Assembly (NCBI GenBank): GCA_038087875.1 | Contig: CM075988.1 | Span: 9,426,001-9,490,000, forward strand | DNA: 64,000 nucleotides | Reading direction: 5' to 3' | DNA from: Malacoraja senta | Taxonomy: Eukaryota | Part shown: positions 60,415 through 64,000 of the stretch, piece after piece | Layout of the letters: every line of letters starts with the position of its first letter | How positions within the stretch are numbered: the stretch's first letter is position 1 | Notes under the pieces: model-generated | Database searches by the model: none | Told to the model about the DNA's origin: nothing | What the model saw: the letters and a program-made list of their open reading frames with translations, nothing else | Program-made: the position numbers and the translations under genes

Positions 60415-60545
60415 TCTGAAGAAGGGTCCCAACCTGAAACATCGGCAATCCATTCCATCTACAGACACCACCTGACCCACTGGGTTACTCCAGCACTTTG
60501 TGTTATATTCAAGATTCCAGCACTTGTAGTTCCGAGTGTCTCTGG
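60415..60545 (+). mobile_element. Penelope pLTR fragment with degenerate hammerhead core
   Basis: GTCTGAAGAAGGGTCCCAACCTGAAACATC..TTACTCCAGCACTTTGTG. Confidence 0.65.
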
Positions 60546-60754
60546 TATTCAACCACCAGATTCTCATGCCAAGGAGTGATTCATGACTCCCCACTCTGCA
60601 TTTCTGCTGCAAAACACTAACCTCTGACTTCATCTTTGAAACCCATTTAGCATATCTAAAACGGGCTCATTAACATTTCAGTTAAAGAGGAAGTGCTTGC
60701 AGCATGTGCTTCTTACTAGTGACAATAAGAATTGAGAATTAGTGCAATGTATAA

Positions 60755-61094
60755 TAGCCCTGTCCCACGGTGCGAGTCCACCCACGAGTGAAAGAAAAAA
60801 TCAAACTCGTGGTTTTCTACGAGATTCCAAATTTATGTTCATGAGTTTAAACGAGTTCCCACGTTAAAAGTATCAACATTTTCCTTCAAGAGTATATTTG
60901 ACTCGTGGAAATCTTTGAACATGTTGAACATTGTTCACGTTTCCCGAGTACCTGCCGTTAGCGTTACGAGTCGCTAAGTTACGTCCACGAGCTCCGACAT
61001 TCCCGCTATGTTCATTCTATGTGATTACTACGAGTTTGATTTGTTTTTAACTCGGGATAACTCGTGGGTGGACTCGCACCGTGGGACAGGGGTT
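60755..61094. mobile_element. PIF/Harbinger (Tourist-like) MITE, 340 bp
   Basis: TIRs CCCTGTCCCACGGTGCGAGTCCACCCACGAGT; TAA TSD at 60752-60754 and 61095-61097. Confidence 0.88.
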
Positions 61095-61415
61095 TAAGCA
61101 TAACAACATGGACAGAGGCCATTTGGCCCATCAGCACTATGCTAGCTCTCTGGGAAGCAATCCTATCAGCCTCATTCTCCCTCTCCTTATGCCTTTGTGT
61201 CGCTGCAGTTTATTCTGTCTCATCGTCTTCCCTTTGTTACTTTGTACCATTAATTTACATTGAGGGTAGGCAATTTACCATCACCAGCAAACTTGGCAGC
61301 AGACACTTGCTAAGCCATACAGCTTGCGTTTATTTCTGTGGACATTTTTGTTAATAGCTTTGGACTCTTATGGCCGTAACATACAAACCACCTGGGGAAC
61401 TACAATGGGAACTAA

Positions 61416-61692
61416 GGGGATGCACAGTAGCACAGTGGTAGGGTTGCTGCCTTACAGCGCCAGAGACCCGGGCTCGATCCTGACCATGGGTGCTATCTGT
61501 GTGTAGTTACCTCCAGGTGCTCTGGTGTCCGCCTACATTCCAAAGACATACAGGTTTGTAAGTTAATTGCCATCTGTAAACTGTCTCTATTGTGTAGGAT
61601 ACTGCTAGTGCACGGGATGATCGGTTATCGTTGCGGACTCGGTGAGCTGAAGGGCATGTTTGCACGCTCTATCACTAAAGTCTAAAGTCTAT
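61416..61692 (+). mobile_element. HE1-like SINE
   Basis: Head, partial core and (CTAAAGT)n tail. Confidence 0.8.
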
Positions 61693-61929
61693 CCAGGACA
61701 GTGTGCCCCACCGCTGTCCCCTCCCCCACCCCAACCACACTCTTCCCTCACAAAGCCATAGCAATGGAGAGAGAGGGAGGTTGAAGAAGGAGGGTGAGTG
61801 TGAGAGAAAAAAATGGCGATGAGATACAGGGTGCTAAAGCAAGGACTCTTCAAATTCCATGCTTGGATTCTGAGCTAGGTGCCTTTGGTTTTCTGCTGAC
61901 TTTCTGCCCACTGACTTCAAGGCCTTCCA

Positions 61930-62370
61930 CTTCTCACTTGCTTCCTTTTGCTTCCCCAAGCCTGTGTCCATATTCCACTTCCCCTGATCTCTGCCTTACC
62001 TTGTCCTCTCCCCACCGCTGTTCCACAAATGTCCCTCTGCTCCACTTCCTCTGACCCAATCCCTCTTCTGCCCACCTTCTCCCCCTTCCACATCCACTCC
62101 ATCCCTGCTTTGTCACCCTGTTTTCTTACATTTAACTTTCCACTTTCTCCCCTTTTCCTCCTGCTCTCCTTTCATCCACACTAGTCATCACTCCGCACCG
62201 ACCCCTCTTACCTTCCCTCTACTCAACAACTCCCTCTCCATCTGTATTCCCATCCCTCCTCAACTCACCCCCACAGCTTCCCACTTCCTCCATTCTGTTT
62301 ACTCTTCCTCTCTTGAGGCCTCACCCTTCCAACCACTACTCCATCATTTGCTGTCCTTCACTCTCAAAGA
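61930..62370. repeat. Pyrimidine (CT)-rich low-complexity tract
   Basis: Strong C/T strand bias. Confidence 0.6.
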
Positions 62371-62651
62371 CAAAGCATTATTTTTTGCACTATTCATAAA
62401 TATTATTTTTCCATTATTGTTTTACAGTGTAATTAAAACCATAATTAACACAAGCTTTTTATGATCTTCATCTTTCCAATCACTTAATAGCCCAGTTATA
62501 ATATTGTGATGTTAATAATGTTGATAATACTTTGTTACATTATGTTTATAATGTTATAATATTAATGTACATAATAAAATTAATTCGCTGACATTTCTCA
62601 GCAAATAAACAAGTTTAAGTTCTGTATTTTTTATATCAAAACAACAGACTA

Positions 62652-63162
62652 GAGCAGCATGGTGGCGCAGCGGTAGAGTTAGTGCCTTCCAGAGCCAGAG
62701 ACCCAGGTCTGATCCTGACCATGGGTCCCTTCTGTATGGAATTTGTACGTTCTCCCTGAGATCCGCGTGGGTTTTCGCCAGGTGCTCCGGTTTCCTCCCA
62801 CAATCCAAAGATATATAGAACGGTAGGATATATGGCTTCAGTAAAATTGTAAATTGTACCTAGTGTGTAGAATTGTGCTAGTGTATGGGGATTACTGGTC
62901 GACGTGGACTCGGTGGGCCAAAGGGAGTTACATTACTAAACTAAATCTAACTGAGAGAGTTAGATTCAGCTCTTAAGGCTAAAGGAATCAAGGGATATGG
63001 GGAAAAAGCAGGACCGGGGTACTGATTTTGGATGATCATCCCTGATCATATTGAATGGTGATGCTGGCTCGAAGGGCCGAATGGCCTAATCCTGCACCTA
63101 TATTCTATGCTTCTATGTTTCTATGTTACCACGCTGTATCTCTAAAGTCTAAAAGTCTAAAG
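62652..63162 (+). mobile_element. HE1-like SINE with a CR1 3' tail (~62952-63126) inserted near its end
   Basis: SINE head and core, then CR1 tail with (TTCTATG)n, then the SINE tail CCACGCTGTATCTCTAAAGTCT. Confidence 0.72.
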
Positions 63163-63393
63163 ATTCACAAGCCTTACAGCTTGTCTATGTTGGATTCAAA
63201 AAGGCAGTGAGTGTTAATGAACGGAGGGAAATAACATGATGAGGCAATTGCATAAGTTCCTTGATAGTGATGAATTTGGCAAATATCTGCCTTACAGACA
63301 CTGCCTCCAACTAAATCCGTCTTATTGTTAAAGAGAAAGGCCCAAGTGTTTCTGATATTTGCATCCACTGAACAAACCAACAACCTTTACCTC

Positions 63394-64000
63394 AAGTTTG
63401 CGTTTATTGTCACTTGCACCAATTAAGGTGCAGTGATATTTGAGTTACCATACAGCCATACTGAAAAACAAAAATACACACAGCACATAAAATAAAGTTT
63501 AACATAAACATCCACCACAGTGGAATTAACATTCCTCACCGTGATGGAAGGCAATAAAGTCCGTTCATCTTTTTCCTTGGTTCACACTTGGTCGGGGCTG
63601 AACCGTCCGCAGTTGCCGCTGCCGACGTTCCGCTGTTCAAGCCCGCTCGTCGGGATGATCGAAACTCCGACGTTGGGATGGATTGGAACACTCCGCGGCA
63701 TGGAGTCCCGAGTCGGCCTCTTCTTACCGGAGACCGCTGCTTCATGGTGTTAAAGTCCACAGCCCCGCGGTCAGAGCTCCTTCACTGGCGATCCTCCGCA
63801 ATGGATCCCAGGCTCCGTGATGGTAAGTCTGCGCTGTGCCCGTGGCTTGCAGCTCCGGGCCGGACTCCAGGAAAGGCCGCACCACTCCACGTTGTTAGGC
63901 AACGGGGGGGGGGGGGGGGGGGGGAGATGCGACACGGAGGAAAATCGCATCTCCGTCGAGGTAAGTGACTGGAAAAAGGAATGGAATAGCGACAACGTTT
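63394..64000 (-). mobile_element. GC-rich non-autonomous LINE-dependent element (runs off the window end)
   Basis: GTGACAATAAA tail and hairpin block shared with 24575-24720. Confidence 0.6.

Overview
Repeat-dense vertebrate genomic DNA, most likely a cartilaginous fish (skate/ray). This is inferred from HE1-type tRNA SINEs with CR1/HER1-like tails and abundant Penelope remnants. I recognise no host protein-coding exon, so the window looks intronic or intergenic. The main feature is a 9.5-kb endogenous retrovirus on the minus strand (36461-45982). It has two 1014-bp LTRs, a 4-bp TSD, a tRNA-Ser-like PBS and no polypurine tract. It carries a coiled-coil/CA/CCHC gag and a pol with PR-RT, a degenerate RNase H, a second RNase H remnant and IN. 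Its env resembles an F-type class I fusion protein, and this architecture matches lokiretroviruses. Also present: a full-length but decayed DIRS element with ITRs, ICR and a shared ATTTTA crossover core; a full-length decayed L1; two truncated Gypsy (Mag-like) copies, one rearranged; Penelope-like elements and many short hairpin derivatives carrying minimal hammerhead-ribozyme cores; a 5.4-kb composite hAT-like element with a 6-bp TSD; Harbinger and hAT MITEs; and many SINE/LINE fragments. Coordinates of degenerate repeats are approximate, and family names come from motif recognition rather than database searches.
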